Under the pieces are notes generated by a model that worked only from the letters and a program-made list of their open reading frames with translations, was not told where the DNA came from and did not search any database. DNA of 64,000 nucleotides from an uncultured Bdellovibrionales bacterium. Its GTDB lineage: Bacteria > Myxococcota > XYA12-FULL-58-9 > JALHOP01. Shown piece after piece: positions 47,677 through 56,882 of this stretch. The stretch is from positions 1,215,754 to 1,279,753 of the forward strand of contig CAZAER010000001.1 in NCBI GenBank assembly GCA_964484195.1, written 5' to 3'. Position numbers and translations under genes: made by a program. Positions within the stretch are counted from its first letter, which is position 1. The number at the start of each line of letters is the position of its first letter.

Positions 47677-48399
47677 CTAGCGGCCGAAGCGGCGGCGGAG
47701 CTCTTCGGCGACGTCGCGCAGCTGGCCTGGGACGTTCCGGAGCTCTTCCGCGGCCTCGCGCAGCTTGTCTGGGACGTTTCCGAGCTCTCCCGCAACCTCG
47801 CGCAGCTTGTCCGGGACATTCCCCAGCTCTTCCGCGACATTGCGCAGCTCGCGCTCGGCATCGCCGAGCTTCTCTTGAGCGACCCTGACGCCGGGCGCGA
47901 TCGCCTCTTCGACCTGGCGCTTGAGCTTCTTGGCCTCACGCGCGGCAAGGATGGCAGCGTCTTCGGCGCTGTCCTTGAGCTCCTCGAGGGCCGTGCGCGC
48001 ACCCGACTGCAACAAGAGTTGGTCGCGGATGGCGTTGCGAAGCTCGGTCGCAATGGCCACACCCTGCAGCGCCGCCTGGCGAGCTTGCGGACGGGCCATG
48101 GTCAGCTTCTGGTCACCCATGGTGCCGGAGTAGTGAGCGCGAACCTCTTTGCCATCGACCGTCACTTCGTAAGGGCGTGGGCAGGAGAAGCCGAAGCGAA
48201 GCGCCTCGAACGTGTGCTCGCTATTGGACGCGCCCTTCTTGGTCATGGCGGCGAGCTTGGCGTGCTCGTCGACGCTCTTGCTGGCGCGTTGGAGGTCGTG
48301 GCGGGTGACGGCGCCATCCAAGAGGCGAGTGAGCATGGGCTGATCCCAGAGGCCGTAGCTGATGGCTTTATAGGTTACGTCAAGCAGTCTGTCGGTCAC
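47677..48399 (-). CDS. Hypothetical coiled-coil protein with C-terminal tandem 11-residue repeats (phasin-like appearance).
   Basis: A GTG start at 48399 gives TDRLLDVTYKAISYGLWDQ. The C-terminus repeats ELRNVAEELGNVPDKLREVAGELGNVPDKLREAAEELRNVPGQLRDVAEEL. Confidence 0.55.
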   Translation of the reverse strand: MTDRLLDVTYKAISYGLWDQPMLTRLLDGAVTRHDLQRASKSVDEHAKLAAMTKKGASNSEHTFEALRFGFSCPRPYEVTVDGKEVRAHYSGTMGDQKLTMARPQARQAALQGVAIATELRNAIRDQLLLQSGARTALEELKDSAEDAAILAAREAKKLKRQVEEAIAPGVRVAQEKLGDAERELRNVAEELGNVPDKLREVAGELGNVPDKLREAAEELRNVPGQLRDVAEELRRRFGR

Positions 48400-48520
48400 G
48401 GTGATACGCCTTTTCGCGATTGTGATGCGAAATCATCGGAAAGGGCCCGGCCAAGTTGCGTGCACACGGGTGCCGTGACGGCGCTCGCCGCGTAGCCGCA
48501 TCTCGGTGACCCAGGTTTTA

Positions 48521-49141
48521 TTAGGTCGCGGGCGGCTCGAGGCTGACGTGTGCGGCCTGGCGCGCCTGTGACGCCAGGACGGCACGAATCTCATCGGCGC
48601 GTCTCAGCAGGGCGAGAATGGCGTCTTCATGCTCGGACTTGGCGCGCTCGCGCGACCGCGTCGCGGCGCTCTGGTTGTACATCTGCAATAGATACGCACC
48701 GGCGCAAAAGACAATCACCCCGATGATGAGCCAGGGGCTGACCGCAAACCCGAGAAAAGGCAGCATGCTCACGAGCGTCCCCACGACGCCCCCGAGCGTG
48801 AGCGCACCGTTGAGGACCGCCGGCGGGATCGGGTCTTTGGCTGGCTCGAGCAGCGTGTTCGACGTCTGGCGAAGGCGGTCGACTAGGCGGGTGGAGGCGG
48901 GATCGGTCGCGACGACCCGAGCGGCATCATCGATCTGCGCCCGCAACACCGCGTGCGACATGAACTGCGCGCCGGCAGCTTGGGCAAGCCTCGGCGCTTC
49001 CGTCGGGGACAACATGTCCGGGAGCCCATCGGCCTCGAGCACCTGGGTTGCGTACTCCAGGCCGTACGCCGCGTCCGGAGCGGGCGCGACCGGCAAAGGG
49101 CTTTGCACACCAGGTCCGTATCCGGGGCTCGGCGTTACCAT
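48521..49141 (-). CDS. Membrane protein, hypothetical.
   Basis: An ATG at 49141 (MVTPSPGYGPG...) is preferred. The ORF-track start at 49264 (MVFRKWWLPPF) is a translation of the palindromic repeat array. A C-terminal TM helix (LVSMLPFLGFAVSPWLIIGVIVFCAGAYLL) is present. Confidence 0.5.
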   Translation of the reverse strand: MVTPSPGYGPGVQSPLPVAPAPDAAYGLEYATQVLEADGLPDMLSPTEAPRLAQAAGAQFMSHAVLRAQIDDAARVVATDPASTRLVDRLRQTSNTLLEPAKDPIPPAVLNGALTLGGVVGTLVSMLPFLGFAVSPWLIIGVIVFCAGAYLLQMYNQSAATRSRERAKSEHEDAILALLRRADEIRAVLASQARQAAHVSLEPPAT

Positions 49142-49230
49142 CGCGGCATCCCCCTGCAGGAGCTGGACGGCTCCCGCCCGTGTATTTTCGGGGGTTTGTG
49201 CAGCGCAGTTGCGGACTACTTCGCCACGAT

Positions 49231-49328
49231 TAAATGGTGGCAGCCACCATTTTCGAAAGACCAATAAATGGTGGCAGTCACCATTTTCCTAAATGGTGGC
49301 TGTCACCATTTTCGAGTCACCATTTTCG
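49231..49328. repeat. Tandem array of three full copies plus one half copy of a 22-bp AT-rich palindrome AAAATGGTG(A/G)C-NG-(C/T)CACCATTTT.
   Basis: Seen directly: aaatggtggcagccaccattt (49232-49252), aaatggtggcagtcaccatttt (49266-49287), aaatggtggctgtcaccatttt (49291-49312), and a half site gtcaccattttc (49316-49327) that contains the DUF938 stop codon and encodes its C-terminal RKW*. Confidence 0.85.
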
Positions 49329-49910
49329 GAAGACGAGCATGAAGTTGTTGGCCGGCATGGGGACGCGCTCGGCAAGCTGCAGGCCGTGCTCGGCCGCTGC
49401 GGACACGACCTCATTCACGTCACGCACACCCCAGTCTGGATTGCGCGCGCGCAGGCTGGCATCGAACTCTTCGTTGCTCGGCGCGGTGTGGCGGCCGTCG
49501 ACTTTGTAGGGTCCGTAGGTCACGAGCGGCGCGCCGGGCGCGAGAACGAGGCCGGCGCCACGCATGAGACCCGCGCAGGCGGCGAACGGAGCGATGTGGA
49601 TCATGTTGCTGCACAGCACCGCGTCAGCACGCTCGACCGGCCACGACGGTGACGCGGCGTCGAGCACGATCGGCGGGTTGACGTTCGCGAGGCCGCTGTC
49701 GGCCAGATGGGCGGCGATGCTCGCGATACCGGACTGGGCGATGTCGGTTGGCTGCCAGGTGAGGTGTTGCACCTTGGAGGCGAAGTAAACGACGTGCTCG
49801 CCGGACCCACTCGCGACTTCGAGGACGAGCCCACTTCGTGGGAGCACGCGCTGAAGAACGGCGAGGATGGGCTCGCGGTTGCGTTGGGTTGCTGGGGCGT
49901 GTTGCTTCAT
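49317..49910 (-). CDS. DUF938-family class I SAM-dependent methyltransferase-like protein.
   Basis: The N-terminus is MKQHAPATQRNREPILAVLQRVLP, the SAM-binding Gly motif is VLEVASGSGEH, and the ORF is 197 aa. The last codons and the stop lie inside a palindrome half site. Confidence 0.75.
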   Translation of the reverse strand: MKQHAPATQRNREPILAVLQRVLPRSGLVLEVASGSGEHVVYFASKVQHLTWQPTDIAQSGIASIAAHLADSGLANVNPPIVLDAASPSWPVERADAVLCSNMIHIAPFAACAGLMRGAGLVLAPGAPLVTYGPYKVDGRHTAPSNEEFDASLRARNPDWGVRDVNEVVSAAAEHGLQLAERVPMPANNFMLVFRKW

Positions 49911-50215
49911 CGCTGCTCTCGGACCCTACAATGAATGACCGCCATCGCGGAGTCATCGGGGTTGTACATCGGGTCGTCGGGCGTGAAGGCCGATTCGAGC
50001 CGGATGTTGCTCATCTTGGCGATCGCCCAGAGCTTCCCGACGCCCATGGTCGACGAGGCGCTTCCGCCCCCCGTCTGCACGCCCCGCAGCACCTCGGCTC
50101 CCGCGGAGCTCGTCCCGTGGCAATAGGGCTCGACGACGCGGTGAAAGCCACCGTAGTCGAACGCCAAGCGGCGTCGTTCGCGGATCGCTCTGCAGACTAG
50201 CGCATGCTCCAGCAC
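49907..50215 (-). CDS. Small protein with a WYL-like motif.
   Basis: There is an ATGA overlap with the DUF938 gene. RLAFDYGGFHRVVEPYCHG resembles the WYL-domain core. The ORF is 102 aa. Confidence 0.4.
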   Translation of the reverse strand: MLEHALVCRAIRERRRLAFDYGGFHRVVEPYCHGTSSAGAEVLRGVQTGGGSASSTMGVGKLWAIAKMSNIRLESAFTPDDPMYNPDDSAMAVIHCRVREQR

Positions 50216-50243
50216 GGCATTGACTCGCTAAAACAGACAACGA

Positions 50244-50548
50244 CTACTGCCAGACGATGGGACTCTCCCCATCATCGAGCACATTGGAGCAATCACTTGC
50301 GCATTGGTCGACCACGACCGAGCAGGTCAGCCCAGCGATGCAGCCGTAACAACCGTCGACGGCATCTTTGTACGCCGCCTCGTCGTGGTAGCGCGCCTCG
50401 CAGCGATCCTCGCACGCGAGCGGATCGAACTCTGCGTCGTAACAATTGCGATAGGCGAAGCAAACTGCGTCGCAATGCGACTCGACCTGCTTGGCGCAAG
50501 CCACGAGCAACAAGGCGAGAGAGGTAATCAGGCGGAGCACGGAGGCCA
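50244..50548 (-). CDS. Small Cys-rich lipoprotein.
   Basis: A GTG at 50548 gives (M)ASVLRLITSLALLLVACAKQ (lipobox). The mature part has 12 Cys. The start is uncertain. Confidence 0.4.
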
Positions 50549-50711
50549 CATGCCACGAGGGTTTCGGTCGTTTCAACCTCTGCGGGGCGTCTCCTAAAAC
50601 GGACCACCCCGGCAACTGCCCCAAATTGCCCCACTCCGATCCCGAAAAATCTGCACATCTCCACAAAACTTAACTTGAAATCCCCCTACTCCGTGCGAAA
50701 CCGTTACGCGC

Positions 50712-52136
50712 GTGACTAGACCAAGCAAACTCCGCCTTGCTCCAGTTCTCATCTTCACCTCGTTCCTCCTCGCCGCCCCCGCGCGTGCAGAGGTCAACTG
50801 GAACATTCGCCTCGAGGGCGGTGTCGCCTTCCCGTTGAGCGCGCCACAAAAGCGCCTCTTCGATCTCGGCGGTGACGGGCAGCTCCGTGTCTCACTCGAG
50901 GCCGCGAGCTTCTTCGACATCTACGCGAACGGCGGCTTCCTCGGGCTCACTGCCGACGACTCGAATCCCGACCAAGACCTCGGCACCGCGTGGAACGTCG
51001 GTGGTGGTATCCGCTTCAAGCGGCCGTACCGCAGCGGCATCGTGTCGCCGTGGATCGATGGCGACCTCGGTTGGTACCGCACCGATGACCGCAATCGCAT
51101 GGGCTTCTCGGTTGGCGCCGGTTTGCACTTCCCGATCGGTGAGAAGCGGCACTTCCGCATGGGACCGTACGTTCGCTACGCGCAGATCATCCAGCGTGAA
51201 GACGCCGCGACCGGTCTCGATGACGCCGACGCGAGAGTCCTGATCGCCGGCTTGTCGCTCGAGGTGGGCGGTGCGCCGAGGATGGTCCCGAAAGATCGCG
51301 ACGCTGACGGCATCGTCGATCCGTCCGACGGTTGCCCGGATCAGGCCGAAGACCGGGACGGCTTCCAAGACACCGATGGCTGCCCCGACCCGGACAACGA
51401 TGGTGACGGCGTGCTCGACGCTGCCGACAAGTGCCCCGGCGAGGCCGAAGACAAAGATGGCTTCGAAGACGCCGACGGTTGCCCCGAGGCGGACAACGAC
51501 GGCGACGGCGTCACTGACGCGAACGACGGATGCGCGTTCCAGCCCGAAGACAAAGACGGCTTCCAAGACGAAGATGGCTGTCCCGAGGCCGACAACGACG
51601 CTGACGGCGTACTCGACGCCGATGACAAGTGCCCGCTCACGGCCGGTACGGTTGGTAGCGGTGGCTGCCCGGACCGCGACGCTGACCTGATCGACGATCA
51701 GCACGACGATTGTCCCGACGCCCCCGGCCTGCCCGAGAACAGGGGCTGCCCGGTCTACAAAAACGTCACGGTGAGCGACACGCGCATCGAGATCAAAGAG
51801 AAGATCTTCTTCGCCTTCGGCAAGGCGCGGATCCTTCCCAAGTCCTTCCCGATCCTCAGCGAGGTCACGAGGGTCATCAAGGATCACCCGACGCTGCGTA
51901 TCCGCGTCGAGGGTCACTCGGATTCGGTCGGCAACGCCAAGCGCAACAAGAAGCTCTCACAAGAGCGCGCTGAAGCTGTGCGCGAGTACCTGGTGAAGGC
52001 CGGCGTCGCCCCTGAGCGTCTCACCGCGCAGGGTTACGGCTCCGAGCAGCCACTCGAATCCAACAAGACACCGGCGGGCCGTGAGAAGAACCGTCGCGTC
52101 GAGTTCGTCATCTTGAACCAGCAGGTCACGCAATGA
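50712..52136 (+). CDS. OmpA-family protein with thrombospondin type-3 (TSP3) Ca-binding repeats.
   Basis: The signal peptide is followed by a beta-barrel-like N-terminus, then repeated DGCPD..DND/DGD..D motifs, then a C-terminal OmpA/MotB peptidoglycan-binding domain (RVEGHSDSVGNAKRNKKLSQERAEAV). Confidence 0.85.
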   Translation: MTRPSKLRLAPVLIFTSFLLAAPARAEVNWNIRLEGGVAFPLSAPQKRLFDLGGDGQLRVSLEAASFFDIYANGGFLGLTADDSNPDQDLGTAWNVGGGIRFKRPYRSGIVSPWIDGDLGWYRTDDRNRMGFSVGAGLHFPIGEKRHFRMGPYVRYAQIIQREDAATGLDDADARVLIAGLSLEVGGAPRMVPKDRDADGIVDPSDGCPDQAEDRDGFQDTDGCPDPDNDGDGVLDAADKCPGEAEDKDGFEDADGCPEADNDGDGVTDANDGCAFQPEDKDGFQDEDGCPEADNDADGVLDADDKCPLTAGTVGSGGCPDRDADLIDDQHDDCPDAPGLPENRGCPVYKNVTVSDTRIEIKEKIFFAFGKARILPKSFPILSEVTRVIKDHPTLRIRVEGHSDSVGNAKRNKKLSQERAEAVREYLVKAGVAPERLTAQGYGSEQPLESNKTPAGREKNRRVEFVILNQQVTQ

Positions 52137-55100
52137 AGCGCCTAACACTCGCGTTCCTCGTAGGTAGTGTCTTCACTGTCGGGTGCGGCCAGCGCCTCGT
52201 CGACCTGCCTCCGGTTGATGACGACAACGACAACCCGCCGGTGCCGGCGATCTCGAGCCTCGCGCCGCAGCGTGGTGCGACCGCGGGCGGGACCTCCGTG
52301 GTCATCACGGGCACCGACCTGAACGGCGCCACGAGCGTGACCTTCGGGAGTGCAACGGCATCGTTCACCGTCAACTCGAGCACGCAGATCACCGCGCTCT
52401 CACCTGCGGGCACGGGAAGCGTCAATGTTAGCGTCACGACGCCTGGCGGCACGAGCAACGCCCTGCCCTATGCCTACGGCGATGCGCCGCTGATCACCGG
52501 CATCACGCCATCGTCGGGTCTCGTCGCCGGCGGGACGACAGTCGTCATCACCGGGTCCGCTTTTGCGAACGCGAGCAGCGTCACCTTCGGTGGCACCGCG
52601 GCGACCTCGTTCACCGTCAACTCCGCCTCGCAGATCAGCGCCGTTACGCCGGCTCACGCCGCCGGCACCGTGCCGGTCGTGGTCACGACGCCTTTGGGAG
52701 CCAGCAACGTCCTCACCTTCACCTACGGTGAAGTGCCGCAGCTCGTAAGCATCGCGCCGAACCTCGGGCCAACGGCCGGTGGCACCGTCGTCACGCTGAC
52801 CGGCGACCATCTCACCGGTGCGACCACGGTCACGTTCGATACCACCGCGGTGACGACGCTCACCGTCGTGAACGACGAATCCGTTACCGTCGCGGCTCCC
52901 GCCCATGCCGCCGGCGTCGTAGCGGTCACCATCACCACGGCCTTCGGCACGTCCGCTTCAGTGGACTTCACCTATGGCGTCGCACCGACCCTCACGTCGG
53001 CGACTCCGCCCTCGAGCCCAACCGCGGGCGGCATCAACGTCGTCCTCGCCGGCACGAACCTGACCGGCGCCACCGCTGTATCGTTCGGCTCGACACCGGC
53101 GACGTCGTTCACCGTCGACAACGACGCGCAGATCACCGCCGTCGCACCGGCGGGCACGAGCTCGGTCAACATCACGGTGACGACGCCGTTCGGCACGAGC
53201 GCAGGCTTGCCCTTCGGGTATGGCGACGCGCCGATCCAGAACACCCTCAATCCGACGCGCGGTCTCGTGGCTGGTGGCTTGTCGGTCACCATCACGGGCG
53301 ACAACTTCACCGGCGCGACGTCGGTCACCTTCGGCGGCACAGCGGCCGCATCGTTCACCGTCGACAGCGACACGCAAATCACCGCGGTGACCCCAGCGCA
53401 CGCGGCTGGCGCCGTCGATGTCGTGACGACCACGCCCGATGGCTCGAGCAACGCACTCGCGTTCACCTACGGCGTCACGCCCGCGCTCACCACCGCGGTC
53501 CCAAATTTCGGGCCGACCGGCGGCGGCACGTCCGTCGTCCTCACTGGCACCGACTTGCTCGGCGCCACGGCGGTCACCTTCGGCACCGTGGACGCACCGG
53601 GCTTCGTCGTCGACAGCGCGACACAGATCACGGTGGATTCGCCAGCCGCGAGCGCAGCAGGTGACGTGCAGATCACTGTGACCACACCGTTCGGCACGAG
53701 CAGCGGCGTCACCTTCACCTATGGGAACGTGCCCGCGATCACGCTGCTCGCCCCGGCGGTAGGTCCGCTCGGCGGCGGCACCAGCGTGGTGATCACCGGT
53801 ACGGATCTCACCGACGCAACGGCCGTGTCCTTCGGTGGCGTCGCGGCAACGTCATTCGTCGTCGACAATGACACCCAGGTCACCGCCGTATCGCCCGCCG
53901 GCACCGGCGCCGTGAACGTCACCGTGACGACACGTTACGGCACGAGCAACACCCTGCCCTTCGCTTACGGCGACGCGCCGACTGTCGGTTCATTGACCCC
54001 CGCGCTGGGCCTCACTGCGGGCGGTAACAACGTGACCATCACGGGCACGAATTTCACTCCCACCGCGACTGTGCTCTTCGGGACCACGTCGATTCCGAAT
54101 GCCAGCTTGACGGTCGTCTCGCCCACCCAGATCGACGTGACCGCTCCAGCGGACACCGCGGGCGGGAAGAGCGTCACCGTAACGACAGAGTTCGGAACGA
54201 GCAACGCAGCCACCTACACGTACGGGATCGCGCCCAATCTAACAGGCATCAGTCCGCTCAACGGCCCGGCCGCGGGCGGTACGACCGTTACGCTCACCGG
54301 CACCAATCTCAACAATGCGCTAGCCCTCACCTTCGGCGGTACGCCCGTCCCGTTCACCCCGGTCGACGCATCGACAGTCACGTTCGTGACGCCGACGGCC
54401 AGCGCCGGGCCCATCACTGTTCAACTCACCACCTCTTATGGCTCGTCTAGCATCTCATTCACCGCCGTCGACGCGCCGACCATCAGCTCGCTCGACATTA
54501 CTGTCGGCCCGACCACTGGCGGCACGACGGTCACGATCAGCGGCACGAACCTCGCGACGACGACTGGCGTCACGTTCGGCGGCGTGGCCGCGACGGGCCT
54601 CCTCATTGGCGGCGAGACGTCGATCACAGTGACGACACCTGCGAATGCCGCGGGTAGCGTCGATGTCGTGGTCACGACCGCCGGCGGGTCCGTGACTCAG
54701 ACCGGAGGATTCGTTTACGCGGATTCGCCGAACGTCACTCTCGTGAACCCCAATGTCGGCGTAGAGGCTGGCGGCGAGACCGTGACGCTCACGGGCTCGG
54801 GTTTCCTGGGTGTCACCAGCGTGACTTTCGACGCCATACAGGCCACGAACATCAACATCATCGACGACACGCAGCTCACGCTGACTACGCCGGCGCATAT
54901 CGCGGGAACCGTTGATGTGGTGGTGACGAACCCCGCGGGGAGCACGACCGTGTCGGGTGGCTTTACTTACGAGCCGCCGACGCCTGGAGTCACTACGGGA
55001 TTCACCAACGTCGGACCGTTCGTGTTGACGGGGACGAACCTCGATTGGCTTGGCACCACTGCGGCTGCCTACAGCGTCTTCTTCTGTCTTGGCGGCGGTT

Positions 55101-55261
55101 GCGTGCTCGACACGACCTCAGTCCCGCCAAGCGGCCCCATCACGGCGACGACGTTCGAGGTCCTCGGCGGCACCGTCAGCGACTCGACCTGGGCCATCTG
55201 CCCCGCGTCCGCCGCAACGTACGACCCGGTGGTCTGCACCAATGAGCAGGTCGTGCCGTAG
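52133..55261 (+). CDS. Surface lipoprotein made of about 12 tandem IPT/TIG domains.
   Basis: There is an ATGA overlap with the OmpA gene. The lipobox is FLVGSVFTVGCG. An approximately 85-aa unit (I..L.P..G...GGT.V.ITG..L.GAT.VTFGG..A.SF.V...T.I.A..PA.) repeats throughout. Confidence 0.85.
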   Translation: MKRLTLAFLVGSVFTVGCGQRLVDLPPVDDDNDNPPVPAISSLAPQRGATAGGTSVVITGTDLNGATSVTFGSATASFTVNSSTQITALSPAGTGSVNVSVTTPGGTSNALPYAYGDAPLITGITPSSGLVAGGTTVVITGSAFANASSVTFGGTAATSFTVNSASQISAVTPAHAAGTVPVVVTTPLGASNVLTFTYGEVPQLVSIAPNLGPTAGGTVVTLTGDHLTGATTVTFDTTAVTTLTVVNDESVTVAAPAHAAGVVAVTITTAFGTSASVDFTYGVAPTLTSATPPSSPTAGGINVVLAGTNLTGATAVSFGSTPATSFTVDNDAQITAVAPAGTSSVNITVTTPFGTSAGLPFGYGDAPIQNTLNPTRGLVAGGLSVTITGDNFTGATSVTFGGTAAASFTVDSDTQITAVTPAHAAGAVDVVTTTPDGSSNALAFTYGVTPALTTAVPNFGPTGGGTSVVLTGTDLLGATAVTFGTVDAPGFVVDSATQITVDSPAASAAGDVQITVTTPFGTSSGVTFTYGNVPAITLLAPAVGPLGGGTSVVITGTDLTDATAVSFGGVAATSFVVDNDTQVTAVSPAGTGAVNVTVTTRYGTSNTLPFAYGDAPTVGSLTPALGLTAGGNNVTITGTNFTPTATVLFGTTSIPNASLTVVSPTQIDVTAPADTAGGKSVTVTTEFGTSNAATYTYGIAPNLTGISPLNGPAAGGTTVTLTGTNLNNALALTFGGTPVPFTPVDASTVTFVTPTASAGPITVQLTTSYGSSSISFTAVDAPTISSLDITVGPTTGGTTVTISGTNLATTTGVTFGGVAATGLLIGGETSITVTTPANAAGSVDVVVTTAGGSVTQTGGFVYADSPNVTLVNPNVGVEAGGETVTLTGSGFLGVTSVTFDAIQATNINIIDDTQLTLTTPAHIAGTVDVVVTNPAGSTTVSGGFTYEPPTPGVTTGFTNVGPFVLTGTNLDWLGTTAAAYSVFFCLGGGCVLDTTSVPPSGPITATTFEVLGGTVSDSTWAICPASAATYDPVVCTNEQVVP

Positions 55262-55292
55262 CGATGCATCACCCGTGCTGATCGGGGCGCGC

Positions 55293-55503
55293 CTACGTGC
55301 CCCGACCCGCGCTATTCGACTCATCGCATAGCTTGCACTCGAGCATCATCCCGAGCCGCGCCGCCCGCCCTTCCTCGGTCGTGACCCACTCGCGCACAAT
55401 CCACGGCGGCTTGTGACGCACATGCTGTGCGTGTCCGCACACGAGCTCGGCGACCCAGTCGCCTTCCTCGTCGCGGTGGTAGCCGATGATTGCGCGTTCC
55501 ATC
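55293..55503 (-). CDS. DUF3565-like small protein.
   Basis: The ATG at 55503 gives MERAIIGYHRDEEGDWVAELVCGHAQHVRHKPPW... (69 aa). The ORF-track extension to 56081 is Arg/Ala junk antisense to the MTase. Confidence 0.65.
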
Positions 55504-55514
55504 AGGTTCTTCGG

Positions 55515-55537
55515 AAAATGGTGACTGTCACCATTTT
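55515..55537. repeat. Single perfect copy of the same palindrome, AAAATGGTGACTGTCACCATTTT.
   Basis: Seen directly at 55515-55537. The TGA stop of the upstream MTase (55538-55540) abuts it, and the DUF3565 ATG lies 11 nt away on the other side. Confidence 0.85.
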
Positions 55538-56380
55538 TCAGGTGGGCTCGAGCCGCGCGTAGCCCATCATCTCGCGGATGGCGTCGCGTGCGCGGCGAGG
55601 CAGCACCGCATGCACCGGACTGAACCACCACGGTAGCGGCAGCGGCCGTCCGAGTCGCTCTCCCTCCACCGGAAGCGGGCGCTTCTCGGCGACCCGCCAG
55701 CCGCGCGCGGCAAAGAAGCTCTCCCACGCGTGCGGCTGGAAGCGGAAGGGAGCATTCTTTAGCGGATTCGGGCCGGCCTGGCGGACGCGGACGGCGCGGT
55801 TGAGGAACGAAGCACTCCAGTCGACGATCCACTCGGTGATGCGCTGATGCGCGCGGAGCTGGCGGGCCAGGGCCCCGACCTCGGCTTCGGCCAGGTACAT
55901 GAGCACGCCCTCCGTCAGCACCAGGGCGTCGCGATCGGGAGGCACCGAGGCGAGCACCACCTCGATCACTCCGGGGTGCGCGAGATCCGCGACGATCCGC
56001 CGGAGCCGACAGCGTGGCTCCTCGCGCGCCAGCAGCGCCTCCTTGTGCTCGATGATCTTTGGCACGTCGGCTTCGATCCACTCGAGCGACGAAGGCAGGT
56101 CGAGCCGGTAGGGTCGCGTGTCGAGGCCGGCGCCGAGGTTCAGCACAGTGCCGACGCCGCGAGCAATCGCCTCACGCACGAGCTCGTCGATCACCGCGGT
56201 GCGCACCACTGTCATCCAGTGGAACTGCTCCGCACCGACCATGGTGCGCGCGAGATGCACGCCCTTTTCACCGGCGAGCCGAGCGGCAAGCGGGTCTTGG
56301 AAGAGCGCGCTCTCGCGAGCGCGGTAGGCGGCGATCCACAGAGCGGTGTCGGCGACATCCTCGATCTGCGGATCCGTCAT
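55538..56380 (-). CDS. Class I SAM-dependent methyltransferase (leucine carboxyl methyltransferase / TcmP-like family).
   Basis: The SAM motif is VLNLGAGLDTRPYRL, the N-terminus ALWIAAYRARES is LCM-family-like, and the ORF is 280 aa. Confidence 0.8.
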   Translation of the reverse strand: MTDPQIEDVADTALWIAAYRARESALFQDPLAARLAGEKGVHLARTMVGAEQFHWMTVVRTAVIDELVREAIARGVGTVLNLGAGLDTRPYRLDLPSSLEWIEADVPKIIEHKEALLAREEPRCRLRRIVADLAHPGVIEVVLASVPPDRDALVLTEGVLMYLAEAEVGALARQLRAHQRITEWIVDWSASFLNRAVRVRQAGPNPLKNAPFRFQPHAWESFFAARGWRVAEKRPLPVEGERLGRPLPLPWWFSPVHAVLPRRARDAIREMMGYARLEPT

Positions 56381-56386
56381 GACCCC

Positions 56387-56836
56387 TCACCCGTCTTTGA
56401 TCTCTGCCTCGACCAGCTGCGCGAGCAGCGTCAGCGACTCTTGCCACCCGAGATAACATGCCTCGGCCGGAATAGCGCTGGGAATGCCCTCTTGAACCAC
56501 AGTCAGCTCCGTCCCACAGAATACCTGCTTCAGTGCGATCGTGGTCATCATCTGACCCGGCAGGTTCGGATCATCGAATTTGTCGGTGTGCTTGATGCGC
56601 TGGTTGGGCACGAGCTCGACGTACTCGCCGCCGAACGAATGGCTGTGCCCGGTCGTGAAGTTCGTGAACGACATCTTATAGGTGCCCCCCACCTCGGCCT
56701 TCAGATGGTGCACCTTGCCGGTGAACCCGTGCGGCGGCAGCCACTTGGACATGGCGTCGGCATCGAGAAAGGCGCGGTAGATGCGCTCGGGCGGGGCTTT
56801 GAGGACGCGGTGCAGCTTGACGGTGTTCTCGGGCAT
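56387..56836 (-). CDS. SRPBCC-superfamily protein (AHSA1/Aha1-like).
   Basis: AAGGAG precedes the ATG at 56836 (MPENTVKLHRVLKAPPERIYRAFLDADAMSKWLPP...). The ORF-track N-terminal extension is Arg/Lys junk. Confidence 0.75.
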   Translation of the reverse strand: MPENTVKLHRVLKAPPERIYRAFLDADAMSKWLPPHGFTGKVHHLKAEVGGTYKMSFTNFTTGHSHSFGGEYVELVPNQRIKHTDKFDDPNLPGQMMTTIALKQVFCGTELTVVQEGIPSAIPAEACYLGWQESLTLLAQLVEAEIKDG

Positions 56837-56882
56837 GGTCTTCTCCTTGGTTGATACGATTGCGCTTACAATTGGATGACGT

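Noticed and set aside
49231-49328. possible CRISPR array
   Set aside because: It has only about 3.5 copies, spacers of 3-14 bp with no uniform length, and each repeat is itself a perfect palindrome. There are no cas genes. This is not CRISPR.
49234-49652. ORFs beginning MVAATIFERPINGG / MVAVTIFESPF, and the MVFRKWWLPPF start of 48521..49264
   Set aside because: They are translations of the palindromic repeat array, not coding sequence.
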